Shown in pieces: positions 8,345 through 18,472 of a stretch of DNA of 35,259 nucleotides. The stretch is from a virus (lineage: Duplodnaviria; Caudoviricetes). A program made the translations under genes and the position numbers. Where the stretch lies: positions 1 to 35,259 of IMG/VR virus record IMGVR_UViG_3300010376_000088; one strand, 5' to 3'. Each line of letters opens with the position of its first letter. Position 1 is the stretch's first letter. Below the pieces are notes generated by a model. It made no database searches, was not told the DNA's origin, and saw only the letters and a list, made by a program, of their open reading frames with translations.

Positions 8345-8665
8345 TCACACCTCCGTGTCGACTCCGACGAACGCGAGCACATGCGCGATCAGCTCGTCGT
8401 ACGCCTCTGGCTGGGTGGCGAGCGTGACCGCGGCCCGCTCGTCCCACGTCTCGATCGCCGTGCGGATCTCCTCCAGGTCCGGGCCGCCCAGCGAGAACGT
8501 CGGGTCGGGCAGCCCGAAGTCGAGCTGCTCGACCCGGAACCCCTGCGGGCAGACGAGGATCGCGTACACGCAGTCGGCGATCTCCTCGATCGAGTCCTGC
8601 TCGGTCACCGCCGCCTGCGGGTTCACGAACCGGAACGGCAGCGCGAAGTGCGGCACGTCCGTCAC
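8345..8665 (-). CDS. Baseplate wedge gp25/gpW-like protein (sheath initiator)
   Basis: HFALPFRF...ILVCPQGFRVEQLDFG...IETWDER pattern; synteny. Confidence 0.8.
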   Translation of the reverse strand: MTDVPHFALPFRFVNPQAAVTEQDSIEEIADCVYAILVCPQGFRVEQLDFGLPDPTFSLGGPDLEEIRTAIETWDERAAVTLATQPEAYDELIAHVLAFVGVDTEV

Positions 8666-8859
8666 TCGGCAGGCTCCTCGGCGGCCGCGACGACCGGCGG
8701 CGGCCCGGCGTAGCCGGAGCCGACCTGCGCCATCGTCACGTTCACGGTGTCGACGTTCTCGTCGAGGCCGAGCGCGCTCATCACGGCCTGGGCGGCCTCG
8801 CTGCCGGTCATCGAGAGCGTCTCGCTCTCGTCGTGCTGAATGTGCACGTTCACGTCCAT
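8662..8859 (-). CDS. Small hypothetical baseplate-region protein
   Basis: TGATG-coupled start [10 protein letters not shown]; 65 aa. Confidence 0.6.
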   Translation of the reverse strand: MDVNVHIQHDESETLSMTGSEAAQAVMSALGLDENVDTVNVTMAQVGSGYAGPPPVVAAAEEPAE

Positions 8860-9863
8860 CAGGGTCCTCCTGTCAGGTCGGCGTAGGTGGGCTGCAGCGG
8901 GATCGCGCGGGCGAACGCCGTCGACGGCCACGCTCCCGAGGCCTTCGGCCCCCACAGGCGGTCGGTCGCCAGGTCGAGGTAGATCGAGCCGTCGACGCCG
9001 ACGCCGCTCCCTGGTGCGCCCGTGCCGGAGAGGAACGTCGACGCGCCGGACGGGCCTTGCGGGCCGGTCGGGCCTGCCGGGCCGATCGGGCCTTGCGGGC
9101 CGGTCGCGCCGGTCGGGCCGGTCGCGCCGGTCAGGCCGGTCGCGCCGGTGTCGCCCTTCGCTCCCTGCGGCCCGGTCGCGCCGGTCGGGCCTGCCGGGCC
9201 GGTCGGCCCTGCGGGGCCGGGCACGGTCGAGTCGGCGCCGGGCGGCCCGGTCGCGCCGGTGTCGCCCTTCACGCCTTGCGGCCCTGCCGGGCCGGTTGCA
9301 CCTGTCGGGCCGGTCGCGCCGGTCAGGCCGGTGTCGCCCTTGTCGCCCTTCGGGCCGGTCGCGCCGGTCGGCCCGCTCGGGCCTGCCGGGCCGGTCGGGC
9401 CTGCGGGGCCGGGCACGGTCGAGTCGGCGCCGGGCGGCCCCGTGGCTCCGGTCGCGCCGGTGTCGCCCTTCGCGCCGGGCGGGCCGGTCGCTCCCGCAGC
9501 TCCGGGCAGGCCGGTCGGCCCGGGCGGCCCGGTCGGCCCCGCCGGACCTGTCGGCCCTGCTGGCCCGGTCGGCCCGGCGGGTCCTGGCGGCCCGGGCGCG
9601 CCGCTGCCGCTGACGCTCGCGGTCGTGATCACCCACGGCGTCCCGTCGTCCTCGGCGATCAGGAGCAGGCAATCGTCGCCCTCGTGGGGCAGGCCGGTCG
9701 CCGGCACCCAGGCGCACGGCCCCCACATGCGGGCCGACCCGTCGAAGGCGTCGACGACGACGAACAGGTCGTCCTCGGGGGAGCTGGGCGTGTTCGCGAT
9801 CGTCGCGGCGACGGCGGAGACCGGAACCTCGGGCTGCTCCAGGACGTCGACGATCTCTCTCAT
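8859..9863 (-). CDS. Spike-position (gpV-like N-terminus) protein with a collagen triple-helix region
   Basis: [10 protein letters not shown]...PWVI N-terminal motif, then a long Gly-X-Y run with two GADSTVPG interruptions; between hub and gp25-like gene. Confidence 0.8.
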   Translation of the reverse strand: MREIVDVLEQPEVPVSAVAATIANTPSSPEDDLFVVVDAFDGSARMWGPCAWVPATGLPHEGDDCLLLIAEDDGTPWVITTASVSGSGAPGPPGPAGPTGPAGPTGPAGPTGPPGPTGLPGAAGATGPPGAKGDTGATGATGPPGADSTVPGPAGPTGPAGPSGPTGATGPKGDKGDTGLTGATGPTGATGPAGPQGVKGDTGATGPPGADSTVPGPAGPTGPAGPTGATGPQGAKGDTGATGLTGATGPTGATGPQGPIGPAGPTGPQGPSGASTFLSGTGAPGSGVGVDGSIYLDLATDRLWGPKASGAWPSTAFARAIPLQPTYADLTGGP

Positions 9864-11857
9864 GTGCCCGGCCAGTGTCTAGCGGCGAACTGCGCGCGGA
9901 CGTTGTACGGCCAGCCCGCCGCCGAGACGAAGCCCGGCCCGCCGCCCTTGTTCGCGCTGCTGGTCGAGAACACGTGCACACCGCTCGACGTCTTGAACAC
10001 GACGAAGACGTGGTCGGCGTTCGCGTAGATCGTCAGCTCGCGTCCCTTGCCGGCGTTGCCCCACGACTCGAAGCCGCCCTTGCCCGAGCCGGGTACGGAG
10101 CTCTTGCCGAGCTTGAACCCGAGCTCGCCGTCGCCGCCGCCGAGCACCGCCCCCGTCGAGCCGGAGCAGTCGAAGCCGAGCCCGGTGTACAGGTGGCCGG
10201 CCGGGCTGCGCTCGTGCGGGTTGTCGGCCTTGCCGCACACCTTGTGGCCGCCGCCCCACACGTACGGCCAGTTCTTGGCGTCCATGCGCAGCGCGTACGC
10301 GATCGCGTCCGCGACCCGCTTGTCGTTGACCCAGCCGAGCTTCGTCGAGTAGCTCGGCTGCGAGCCGGGCGCCGATCCCGGTGAGCCGGGCGGCGGGCCC
10401 GGCCGCGGCTGCGGCGTCGACGAGTCAGCCGAGTACGGCTCGAGGTACGGGCGCATCGGCCGGGTCAGCGTGATCGTCGCCGCCGGGTCGAACAGGCCAC
10501 GCTGCACGTCGCTCACGATCCAGCGGCCGTCCGCCGGGCCGCAATCCTGCAGCTCGACGATGCTGCCCGGCGCGAAGTCGTAGCGCGTCGTGCGCGCCGT
10601 GACCGTCGCGTCCGAGTGCACCTTGCCCTGGTCGACCTCGAAGTCGATGTTGTCGACGTTCGGGACGAACTCGCTCAGGATCGCGATCGGCATCTGCGTC
10701 AGCAGCGTGTCGTCGGACTCGAAGTAGATCGCGTTCTCGGAGGCGAAGCAGCGCCAGTCGACCTCCTTCGCCAGGCGCACGATCGCGTCCCAGCCCGTCT
10801 CCTTCTTCCCGGCGGTGCCGCCCATCGTGAACTGGAACTGCTTCCTCTTTCCGGTCGTCGGGTCGGTCGGCGTGACGGTCGGCCCCGGCCCCTGGTAGGC
10901 GGCGACCCACTTCATCGCCTCGGCCTGGTACTGGTCGTAGCGGCCGCGGTACTGCTTGGCCGGCATCTCGACGTGCCAGGCGACGGTGCCCGCCGACCAG
11001 TTCGGGTTCTTCGCCGCCAGCGCGATCGCGCCGCCGTACCCGGCGAACCCGCGGGTGAGGAAGACGCGGACGCAGGCGTCGACGTCGGTCTGGCTGATCC
11101 CGAGCCCCTTCGCGGTCGCCTCGGTCACCTGCAGCACGCCGCGCGACTTCGCCCCGTCGGCCTGCTCGGCGATCGACGAGTTGTGCATCGTCGACTCCAC
11201 GATGCAGGCCTCGATCAGGGCCAGCGTCGCGAGCTGCCCCGCCTTCTGCGCGGCCGCGGCGTCGAGCACCCGTGAGCCGAGCGCCTTCTGCGCCTTCGTC
11301 GCCGGCGCGCCCTTCACGGTCAGGTTCGCGTCCGGGCTGATCCCGTGCTTCGTGGTCGAGCGGGCGTTCGCCTGCGCCTGCGCCTGCGGCTGCGACTGCA
11401 CCGGCTGGCGCGTGTCGAGCTGCGGCGACACGAACGGGATCGGGGGCCCGTACTTGACCGAGCGCACGATCGAGAGCGCGAACTCGGCGCGCGTCATCTG
11501 CGAGCGCGGCGCCTTGCGCGGCCCCTTCACCTCGCGCAGCAGCGAGACGACGCGATCCTCGAACGTCAGCTGCAGCTGGTCGACCTGCTTCTGCACCTGC
11601 ACCAGCCGCCACCAGAGGCCGTCCAGGCGGAGGTCGATCGTCGAGCGGAACAGGCCGGAGCGGATCAGCTCGCGGTCGGGGTCCTCGAGCATCAGCGTCA
11701 GCGTCGACGCCTGCGTCATCGAGCGGTCGATCTGCGCGTCGACGACCCGCGACGCGACCCCGGTCCGCGACGTGTTCTTCAGCTTGCGGTTCACCTCGTC
11801 GAGGACGACGGCGGGCAGCTCGACGTCGGGCGCGACCTCGGGGATCTGGATGCTCAC
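9860..11857 (-). CDS. Baseplate hub (gpD/gp27-like) with lysozyme-like insert and C-terminal NlpC/P60 domain
   Basis: Hub-like N-terminus; IVES...SRGVLQV transglycosylase-like motif; PYVWGGG...GFDCSG...HVF. Confidence 0.8.
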   Translation of the reverse strand: MSIQIPEVAPDVELPAVVLDEVNRKLKNTSRTGVASRVVDAQIDRSMTQASTLTLMLEDPDRELIRSGLFRSTIDLRLDGLWWRLVQVQKQVDQLQLTFEDRVVSLLREVKGPRKAPRSQMTRAEFALSIVRSVKYGPPIPFVSPQLDTRQPVQSQPQAQAQANARSTTKHGISPDANLTVKGAPATKAQKALGSRVLDAAAAQKAGQLATLALIEACIVESTMHNSSIAEQADGAKSRGVLQVTEATAKGLGISQTDVDACVRVFLTRGFAGYGGAIALAAKNPNWSAGTVAWHVEMPAKQYRGRYDQYQAEAMKWVAAYQGPGPTVTPTDPTTGKRKQFQFTMGGTAGKKETGWDAIVRLAKEVDWRCFASENAIYFESDDTLLTQMPIAILSEFVPNVDNIDFEVDQGKVHSDATVTARTTRYDFAPGSIVELQDCGPADGRWIVSDVQRGLFDPAATITLTRPMRPYLEPYSADSSTPQPRPGPPPGSPGSAPGSQPSYSTKLGWVNDKRVADAIAYALRMDAKNWPYVWGGGHKVCGKADNPHERSPAGHLYTGLGFDCSGSTGAVLGGGDGELGFKLGKSSVPGSGKGGFESWGNAGKGRELTIYANADHVFVVFKTSSGVHVFSTSSANKGGGPGFVSAAGWPYNVRAQFAARHWPGT

Positions 11858-12633
11858 GGCAGCCTCAGCACCTGTCCGGGCGCGATCGACCTCGGGTCAC
11901 GGATGCCGTTCAGCTGCGCGATCTCGACCCAGCGGGCCGGGTCGCCGAGCTCCGCCGCGGCGATCGTCATCAGGTCCTCGCCCAGCCCGAAGCCCGTCGA
12001 GTCATCCCGGGCGACCGTGCCCAGCTGCGGCTTCTTCGCCTGGGCGGTGTGCCGCTTGCTCGCCGCGCCCCGCTTCGGGTGGTGCGCCCGGTTCAGGTCG
12101 CGCTTCACCTGCGCGGGCGAGCTGTGCACCAGCGTCAGGCCGACCCACTCCATCAGGCCGAGCGTCGCCCCCTGCCGCACCCGGTTCCCCTTGCTGTTCG
12201 CGACCGCGCCGTCCTGCCACTGCAGCGTGTCGATCACCCACACCTTCTCCGTGTGCGGGACGTGGCCGCCTCGCGCCTCGAGCGTGATCGTCGGCGGCCC
12301 GACCGAGCTGGACAGCGGCAGCGCCATCTTCTCCAGCAGCGAGATCGCCGTCTCGGCGCTCGACATCTCCGCCACCGGCGGCCCCGGCCCCGTGCGCGCC
12401 TTGACGTGGTCGAGCAGGATGCCGAGCGTCATCCGCCAGGCCGGCCGTCCCTGCCAGATCGCGAGCGACTTGCGCTGCGGCCGGGCGATCTCCGTCCAGC
12501 CGCCGTACCCGGCGCTCACGTCCGGGCGTTGCTCCGACAGGCGCGCGACCAGCGCGGCGCCCAGGTCGTCACAGTGGATCACCACCCAGCCGAGCGGCAG
12601 CGGCTGCGTCTTCTTCTTCTTCACCACGGCCAT
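11854..12633 (-). CDS. Tail tube initiator with C-terminal LysM-like domain
   Basis: [40 protein letters not shown]; follows the tape measure. Confidence 0.8.
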   Translation of the reverse strand: MAVVKKKKTQPLPLGWVVIHCDDLGAALVARLSEQRPDVSAGYGGWTEIARPQRKSLAIWQGRPAWRMTLGILLDHVKARTGPGPPVAEMSSAETAISLLEKMALPLSSSVGPPTITLEARGGHVPHTEKVWVIDTLQWQDGAVANSKGNRVRQGATLGLMEWVGLTLVHSSPAQVKRDLNRAHHPKRGAASKRHTAQAKKPQLGTVARDDSTGFGLGEDLMTIAAAELGDPARWVEIAQLNGIRDPRSIAPGQVLRLP

Positions 12634-14255
12634 TACTGGCGCGCCTTCTGGTTCGACACGACGTTCGCGACCGCGCGGGCGATCTCGCGGCCGTCGACGA
12701 TCAGCGGGATCGTGATGTGCTGCGGCGTCCCGCTCGGCGTCACCGTCGCCCCGGACGGCAGCATCACGACCTCTGGCCCCTGCTCACCGACCAGGTACGG
12801 CCCCGGCGACCAGGCGGTGCCACCCGACGCGAACGCGCCCTTCACAGCGCTGAAGCCGCTCGACACTGCGCCGCCGACGTCGCCGGCGACGCTGACGGCG
12901 AGGCTGAAGCCGGGGATCTTGTTCAGCCAGCCCCAGACCTTCTTCGCCCAGCCCCACAGCCAGCGTCCGAGCCGCTCGAAGGTGTGCTCGACGCCCTCGG
13001 CCATCATCACGAAGACGTGACCCAGCCAGGCCGCGATGCCGCCGACCCACTTGATGCCGGCGACCATGCCGTGGAACAGGAAGTCGAGGTACGCCTTGAA
13101 CTGCTTCCAGTGCGTGACGGCGATCACGATCGCGGCGACCAGCAGCCCGATGAGCAGGATCACGGCGCCGATCGGGTTCGCATCGAGCGCCGCGTTCAGC
13201 AGCCACTGCGCGCCCTCCCACAGCTTCGTCGCGGCGGTCGCCTCGCCGTTCGCGATCGCGGCCTGGGTCGCCGCCACCTTGAACGCGATCACGGTGCCGA
13301 CCACCAGGCCGAGGACGGTGTACACCTTCCACGACGCGTCGAACAGGTGCCGCAGCACGTCGACGACACCGGAGAGCACATGGACGAGACCGGTCAGGGC
13401 GGGCATCAGCGCGACCCCGGCTTCCACCTTCAACTTCTCCCACTCCCGGCCGAGCTCGCGCTGCGCCATGATGTACTTGTGGGCTGCCGCCATCGCAGCC
13501 GGCGTCAGCTTCGGCTGCTCGCCGAGCAGCTTCTGCACCCCGGCGCGGCCCTGCTCCAGGATCGGTAGCAGCGAGCGGCCCGCGCGGCCGAACAGGATCT
13601 GCGCGTCGGCGGCAGCGGTCGCGTGGTTCTTCATGTTGTGCAGGGCGTCGGCGACGCGCAGGATCACGTCCTCGGTGTTGCCCTTGCGCAGGTCGCTCAT
13701 CGGGACGCCGAGCTGGTGCAGCGCGAGCTGCGTCTTCTGGCTCGAGGCCTGCAGCGTCGCGATCTTGCCCGACAGAGACTGGATCGTCGAGGCGGCCTTC
13801 GGCCCGCCGGCGGCGCTCACCTGGTCGATCTCGCTGCGCAGCTTGCCGATCGCCTGCGCGTCGAGCAGCGTCCCCGAACGCGACTTCTCCATCACCTTCG
13901 ACAGGGTCGTCATCCCCATCTGCAGCGACGTCGTGGCGATCCCGCGCTCCTTGGTCAGCGACACCCACTCCGAGGCCGTCTCGGTGTCCATGTTCGTCGC
14001 GTGCTGCAGCCACAGCGTCCCCTTTGCCAGGTCGGTCGTCGCCGAGGTCGCCGCTTGCGCCGCCTTCGCGACCGCGTACACGCCGACCGCCGCGCCCGCG
14101 TACTTGATCAGCCCCTTCGCGCCGACCGCGGTCGCGGCGGTCGTCTCCTTCGACGCGGCCCCGATCCTCTCGGTCGCGACCGCGGCCTCGTTCGCGCCGG
14201 CGACGAACTGGCCGACGTTGCGCAGGACGAGCCAGACCTCGACGAGGTCAACCAT
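12633..14255 (-). CDS. Tape measure protein
   Basis: Ala-rich helical protein with LFGRAG, LNAALDANPIG and AFASGG...LVGEQGPEVV motifs; 540 aa. Confidence 0.9.
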   Translation of the reverse strand: MVDLVEVWLVLRNVGQFVAGANEAAVATERIGAASKETTAATAVGAKGLIKYAGAAVGVYAVAKAAQAATSATTDLAKGTLWLQHATNMDTETASEWVSLTKERGIATTSLQMGMTTLSKVMEKSRSGTLLDAQAIGKLRSEIDQVSAAGGPKAASTIQSLSGKIATLQASSQKTQLALHQLGVPMSDLRKGNTEDVILRVADALHNMKNHATAAADAQILFGRAGRSLLPILEQGRAGVQKLLGEQPKLTPAAMAAAHKYIMAQRELGREWEKLKVEAGVALMPALTGLVHVLSGVVDVLRHLFDASWKVYTVLGLVVGTVIAFKVAATQAAIANGEATAATKLWEGAQWLLNAALDANPIGAVILLIGLLVAAIVIAVTHWKQFKAYLDFLFHGMVAGIKWVGGIAAWLGHVFVMMAEGVEHTFERLGRWLWGWAKKVWGWLNKIPGFSLAVSVAGDVGGAVSSGFSAVKGAFASGGTAWSPGPYLVGEQGPEVVMLPSGATVTPSGTPQHITIPLIVDGREIARAVANVVSNQKARQ

Positions 14256-14436
14256 GCAGGCGCGCCTTCACGAACGCGTTCGCGATCAGGGTGGCCTGGT
14301 CGCGCTGCAGTCTCTCGATCAGCTTCTTCGCCTCCCAGGCGACGGCGGCGAGCACGACGCGCTCGTCACGGTCGCTCGTCGTCAGGTAGCGCCAGACGGG
14401 CAGCCCGAACACCGCGAGCGCGGCGGCGGTGGTCAC
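14248..14436 (-). CDS. Tail assembly chaperone, frameshifted (gpT-like) segment
   Basis: Lies in the -1 frame of the upstream ORF and is open back to the slippery site. Confidence 0.7.
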   Translation of the reverse strand: MTTAAALAVFGLPVWRYLTTSDRDERVVLAAVAWEAKKLIERLQRDQATLIANAFVKARLHG

Positions 14437-14450
14437 GTCGCCGCCGCCCT

Positions 14451-14984
14451 CTATTCCCCCAGGAACTCCTCGTCGACGTTCTCGTCCTCGTTGCGCGACC
14501 AGCGCATGTAGTCGGCGACGGCGGCCGTGATCGCGATCGGCGGGTTGTTCGCGCCGCCGAACAGCTTCTTCACGACGTCGCGAGCTCGGCCGACCGTGCC
14601 CAGGCCGAGCCGCTCGGCCAGGCGCTCGTCGAGGCCGACCGGGTCGCCGTCCTCGTCGGCGAGCAGCTGCAGCGGCCCGCCCGGCACCGAGCGGCCGAGC
14701 GCCTGCCGGAACGCGGCCACGATCACGTCGGCGTCGTCGGCGCCGCCCGGGCGTTGCACCCGCTCGCTGATCCGCTGCTGCTGCGCCCCGCTGATCGGGC
14801 CGAGCCGCAGCACCAGATGCCCGCGCCAGCCGGGCACCTCGACGTCGAACGTCGACGGCTCGGCCAGGTTGGCCCGCTGCTTGCGCAGCTCCTCGAACAG
14901 GCTGGGCGGCGCGACCTCGAGCTGCTCCTCCTCGTCCGGCTCGTCCGGCTGGAATGGCACCTCCTGCAGGCCGCCCTCGCTCAT
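14451..14984 (-). CDS. Tail assembly chaperone (gpG-like)
   Basis: Between tube and tape measure; ATGA-coupled start at 14984; ends at a slippery site. Confidence 0.8.
   Translation of the reverse strand: MSEGGLQEVPFQPDEPDEEEQLEVAPPSLFEELRKQRANLAEPSTFDVEVPGWRGHLVLRLGPISGAQQQRISERVQRPGGADDADVIVAAFRQALGRSVPGGPLQLLADEDGDPVGLDERLAERLGLGTVGRARDVVKKLFGGANNPPIAITAAVADYMRWSRNEDENVDEEFLGE
14454..14460 (-). other. Programmed -1 frameshift site GGGGGAA
   Basis: CTG GGG GAA TAG; the -1 frame reads GGA ATA GAG GGC GGC GGC GAC GTG into 14248..14436; canonical position before the tape measure. Confidence 0.75.
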
Positions 14985-15406
14985 GTGATCGTCCCGGCCG
15001 GCGTGACCTCCAGCTCGAGGATCGCCGCGTCGGGCGTGTTCGAGTCGACCGGCGGCGGCGTGACCCGCTTCAGCGTGCCGCCGTAGGTCAGCGGCTTGCC
15101 GTACGCGTTGCCGTCGACGTCGAGCGGCTGCTTCGTGATCACGACGTTGCCCTTGCCGACCCGCGACAGCAGCCACGGCATGTTGTCGTGGTCGCGGGCC
15201 AGGTCGTACAGCCGCGAGAGCACGACCTGCGCGATCGTGACGATCCCGCCCAGGCTGATCTGCGGCACCATCCCGCCCGGCTTGTAGACGACCTCGGTCG
15301 TGTCGGCGTCGCCGCCGGTCATCACGTCGAACACGCCGAGCTTGGTGCCGTCGACGCTGACGTTCACGGCGTACTGGTCCTTGCGGTTCGTGGTTGGCTC
15401 AGCCAT
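14981..15406 (-). CDS. Tail tube protein
   Basis: 141 aa, gp19-like pattern (EVVYKPGG, VVLSRLYD, AAILELEV); follows the sheath. Confidence 0.85.
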   Translation of the reverse strand: MAEPTTNRKDQYAVNVSVDGTKLGVFDVMTGGDADTTEVVYKPGGMVPQISLGGIVTIAQVVLSRLYDLARDHDNMPWLLSRVGKGNVVITKQPLDVDGNAYGKPLTYGGTLKRVTPPPVDSNTPDAAILELEVTPAGTIT

Positions 15407-15418
15407 CTCTCCTCCTTC

Positions 15419-16642
15419 CTACGCTGCGATCGCCGCCGGCGCGGTGCCGGGCAGCGACTGGTTCGACGCGACCTTCACGATCTCGATCTCGACCCACTCC
15501 GACATGCCGGACATGCGCACCGAGAGGACGGCGTGCAGCTCGCCGTTCGCGATCGTCGCGTCCGTGTTCACCGACACGCCGACGTCGACGGCGTAGGCCT
15601 TCAGCGGGTCGGTGCCGTACAGAGCTCCCGACGCCCAGAACGGGTTCAGCATCGCGGCCAGCTCGCCGCCGAAGTTGCTGATCGTGCGCCGCTGCCCGTC
15701 GAGCTGCGAGAACACGAACGCCTGGCCGATCGCCTCCGCCTCCGCGGTGATCGCCATGTTCAGGCGCGCCCAGCCGAAGTCGAGCCAGGTCGGCGCGGCG
15801 ACCGGGTCGACGAGCGCGCGGTACCCGTAGGTGCGCACGCCGCCGTAGATGATCCGGGCCATGTTCACGCCCGCGTTGTTCAGGTTCTCGTAGTCGAGGT
15901 CCGAGAAGCGACCGTTGACGTCGATCGCGTACAACGTCTGCCCGAGCACACCGGCCGCCGCCTGGTTCGGGTTGTACGCCAGGTCGTTGCGGGCGATGAT
16001 CCCGGCCTCGACCGCCGAGTACGGCACCGTGCGCGTCGTCCCGGCCACCACACCGGGCACCACAGCGGACGGGGCGAACAGCGCGCCGTAGCGGCCGTTC
16101 GCGTCCTGCTGCAAGGCCTGCCCTGCCGACTGCAGCTGCGCCGCCGTGCCGTCCGCGCAGGTCAGCAACGCGACCCGGTTGCAGGCGGCGGCGTGGGCGA
16201 GCAGCGCCGACTGGTTCGCCTGCACCGCGGCCAGCGTCGCGTCGGCGATCAGGATCTGGCCCGGCCCCAGGTCGGCGGTCAGCCCGGCCAGCGCGTTCGC
16301 GATCCCGGCGTCGACGACCAGCGCCTCCGGCGCGTCCTTGCCCTTCTTCGCCGGCGCCTCCTCCTCGTCGGCGCGGCCGAACACGGCCGTCGAGGTCGTC
16401 GAGCCGACGATGCACTGCGAGCCGCCCTCGCGGAAGTACACGTCGACGGCGTCGTAGGTGGCCTGGCTAGCACCGCTGCCGCGGTCGCCGAACGTGTCGA
16501 CGAACTCGGTCAGCGAGTGGACGAGCGCGTACGGCGTGTCCGTGTTCGTGGTCGCGCCGACGATGAAGCAGACGCCCGTGTCGGTCGGTGCCGACGCAGG
16601 CGGTGGAAGCGCGCGGGAGATTACGTCGACTCCGGGCCTCAC
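15419..16642 (-). CDS. Contractile tail sheath protein
   Basis: RPGVDV N-terminus, SLTEFVDTFG, YFREGG, LNNAGVN, VRTYGYR, NTDATIANGELHAVLSV; GTG 16642 after GAAGGAGG. Confidence 0.92.
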   Translation of the reverse strand: MRPGVDVISRALPPPASAPTDTGVCFIVGATTNTDTPYALVHSLTEFVDTFGDRGSGASQATYDAVDVYFREGGSQCIVGSTTSTAVFGRADEEEAPAKKGKDAPEALVVDAGIANALAGLTADLGPGQILIADATLAAVQANQSALLAHAAACNRVALLTCADGTAAQLQSAGQALQQDANGRYGALFAPSAVVPGVVAGTTRTVPYSAVEAGIIARNDLAYNPNQAAAGVLGQTLYAIDVNGRFSDLDYENLNNAGVNMARIIYGGVRTYGYRALVDPVAAPTWLDFGWARLNMAITAEAEAIGQAFVFSQLDGQRRTISNFGGELAAMLNPFWASGALYGTDPLKAYAVDVGVSVNTDATIANGELHAVLSVRMSGMSEWVEIEIVKVASNQSLPGTAPAAIAA

Positions 16643-17295
16643 AGTGAGCCTCCTTCGGGTAGCGGTTCCTTGTCGATCTCGATCTCGACCGTCTCGACCT
16701 CCGGCCACGGCGGCCAGTCGGCGCACGGGTCCTCGGGCGGGTCGGGCTGCGTCGGGCCGGTCGCCGCCGTGCGCACGTCCGGCACCTCGATCGCGAACGT
16801 CGCCGTGCCCGTGTACAGCGAGCGCGTGTCGTCGTACACGAGCTGGTCGTACTGCTCGTCGAGCCAGGCGACACCGGTCGCGTGGCCGCCCAGCGACGGC
16901 TTGCCGATCACGATCTCGGCGTGCGCCGCCAGGAACAGCATCGCCAGCGAGTGCGAGTCAGCCTGCGTCCGCGCCGAGCAGATCACGCCGACGTCGACCG
17001 CCCACTTCGCCCGGTACTTCCCGTCGCCCGACTTCAGCGGCGGCGGCACCAGGCCGCGGCAAACGACGAGCACGCCCGGCAGCTGATCCTCCGGCCACTT
17101 GTCGAACGTCGGCGCCAGCGACCAGCCGCGCACCCGCTGCAGCGAGCAGGCCTCGATCCCATGCTGCCGCTCGACCTCGGCCAGGTACGTCGACGACCAC
17201 GCCTTCAGCTGGTCGACGACCCAGCCCTCGACGTCGTACCCGGTCACGATCGGCCCGAAGATCGACGGCGGCGATTCCTGCGGAATCACGCTCAC
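16639..17295 (-). CDS. Tail terminator / head-tail connector
   Basis: Position before the sheath; DQLPGVLVV motif. Confidence 0.7.
   Translation of the reverse strand: MSVIPQESPPSIFGPIVTGYDVEGWVVDQLKAWSSTYLAEVERQHGIEACSLQRVRGWSLAPTFDKWPEDQLPGVLVVCRGLVPPPLKSGDGKYRAKWAVDVGVICSARTQADSHSLAMLFLAAHAEIVIGKPSLGGHATGVAWLDEQYDQLVYDDTRSLYTGTATFAIEVPDVRTAATGPTQPDPPEDPCADWPPWPEVETVEIEIDKEPLPEGGSL
17273..17287. promoter_or_regulatory. Palindrome GATTCC-N3-GGAATC, copy 2
   Basis: GATTCCTGCGGAATC, identical to 4139. Confidence 0.7.
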
Positions 17296-17738
17296 AGGTG
17301 CAGCCCTCGCACGTAGGCGCTGATCAGCTTGCTCACCGCGCGCCGCTCCACGATCGTCAGGTTCATCAGCTGCCGCTTCGGCTGGTGCTTCGTGCCCTCC
17401 TGGAAGCGGGCGTACGGCACCGACGTCCCGAACTTGACCGCCTGCGGCGTCGCCGCCTTGACCTCGAGGCCGCTGGTCAGCCCCTGGCGCAGCGCGCCGG
17501 TCGCGACCTCCGGGTCGGACCCCTGGCCGAGACTGGCCCGGTTCGCGAGCGTCGAGTCGGCCAGCGCAGGCCAGCCCGGGCCGTGGCTCGCGAAGATGCG
17601 CTCCTCCGAGGCGACGACGATCTCGCGGATCGCCGGGATCAGCGGCATCACGTCGGCGCCGCGAGCTCCGACCGCGCGCAGGTGCAGCGCCGCCTTCTCC
17701 GCTCCCGTCTCGACGACCTCGACGGCGAGCCCGGGCAT
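17292..17738 (-). CDS. Virion morphogenesis / tail completion protein (Mu gpG, P2 gpS-like)
   Basis: WPALADST...TGALRQGL...FGTSVPYARFQEGT...PKR motif; ATG 17738. Confidence 0.8.
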   Translation of the reverse strand: MPGLAVEVVETGAEKAALHLRAVGARGADVMPLIPAIREIVVASEERIFASHGPGWPALADSTLANRASLGQGSDPEVATGALRQGLTSGLEVKAATPQAVKFGTSVPYARFQEGTKHQPKRQLMNLTIVERRAVSKLISAYVRGLHL

Positions 17739-18238
17739 CAGCGCGCCACCGGCAGCGTGTCGACCTCCGGGTCCCAGCCCGCCGGCCAGATCCAGCTGTA
17801 CGGGATGCTCGTCCACGACCCGACCGGGATCATCGCCATGTCGTAGTCCGGGAACTCGCTCCCGGCGCCGCCGCCGGCGACCGACGTCTCCAGAGCGGCC
17901 AGGTCGTCGAGGTACTCCTCGCGCAGCTGCGTGTACGCGGAGCGGTCGCTGCGCACCTGCTCCGGGAAGTACGACTTCTCGACGCGCAGCGCCGCCCGGT
18001 AGGCGACGAGCCCAGCGAACGCGGTCACCTGCTCGGTCGTCAGCTTGTCCATCGCCGGGAAGCGGACACCGACCAGGCCCATCGCGACGTCGATGTGCGC
18101 GTCCACCTGGTCGCCGGTCGGCCGCGTGTCGTCGTCGAACGTGCCGACCTCGTTGCCCTGCGAGTCCTTCGTGCGCGCCCGCAGCAGCAGCGCCACGTCG
18201 TCGACGGTCGGCCGCCCCGGCGTCGTAGGCGTGCTCAC
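17738..18238 (-). CDS. Head-to-tail adaptor
   Basis: PTVDDVALLLRART...GTFDDDTRPT; position after the capsid genes. Confidence 0.7.
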   Translation of the reverse strand: MSTPTTPGRPTVDDVALLLRARTKDSQGNEVGTFDDDTRPTGDQVDAHIDVAMGLVGVRFPAMDKLTTEQVTAFAGLVAYRAALRVEKSYFPEQVRSDRSAYTQLREEYLDDLAALETSVAGGGAGSEFPDYDMAMIPVGSWTSIPYSWIWPAGWDPEVDTLPVAR

Positions 18239-18468
18239 GGCGTCACCTCCGGGTACGGGAACCCGGGCACCTGCAGCATCCGCTCAGTCACGGGCCAGGT
18301 GCCGGGCGCGTTGTACTCGAACAGCAGGTCGTAGTTGCGCTGCCACCAGTCGGCCGGCCAGTCCGGCATCGCGAACCGGTGCCAGCGCTGCAGCAACTCG
18401 CCGCGCAGCCCGACCCCCGCCCCCACTGGGGCGCTCACGATCGGGGACGTGGGGTCGGGCAGCGGCAT
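18235..18468 (-). CDS. Hypothetical protein
   Basis: 77 aa ORF tiling the head operon. Confidence 0.6.
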   Translation of the reverse strand: MPLPDPTSPIVSAPVGAGVGLRGELLQRWHRFAMPDWPADWWQRNYDLLFEYNAPGTWPVTERMLQVPGFPYPEVTP

Positions 18469-18472
18469 TCGC

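Noticed and set aside
9040-9600. CRISPR-like or tandem non-coding repeats
   Set aside because: 9-bp periodicity encodes Gly-X-Y collagen; no unique spacers and no cas genes
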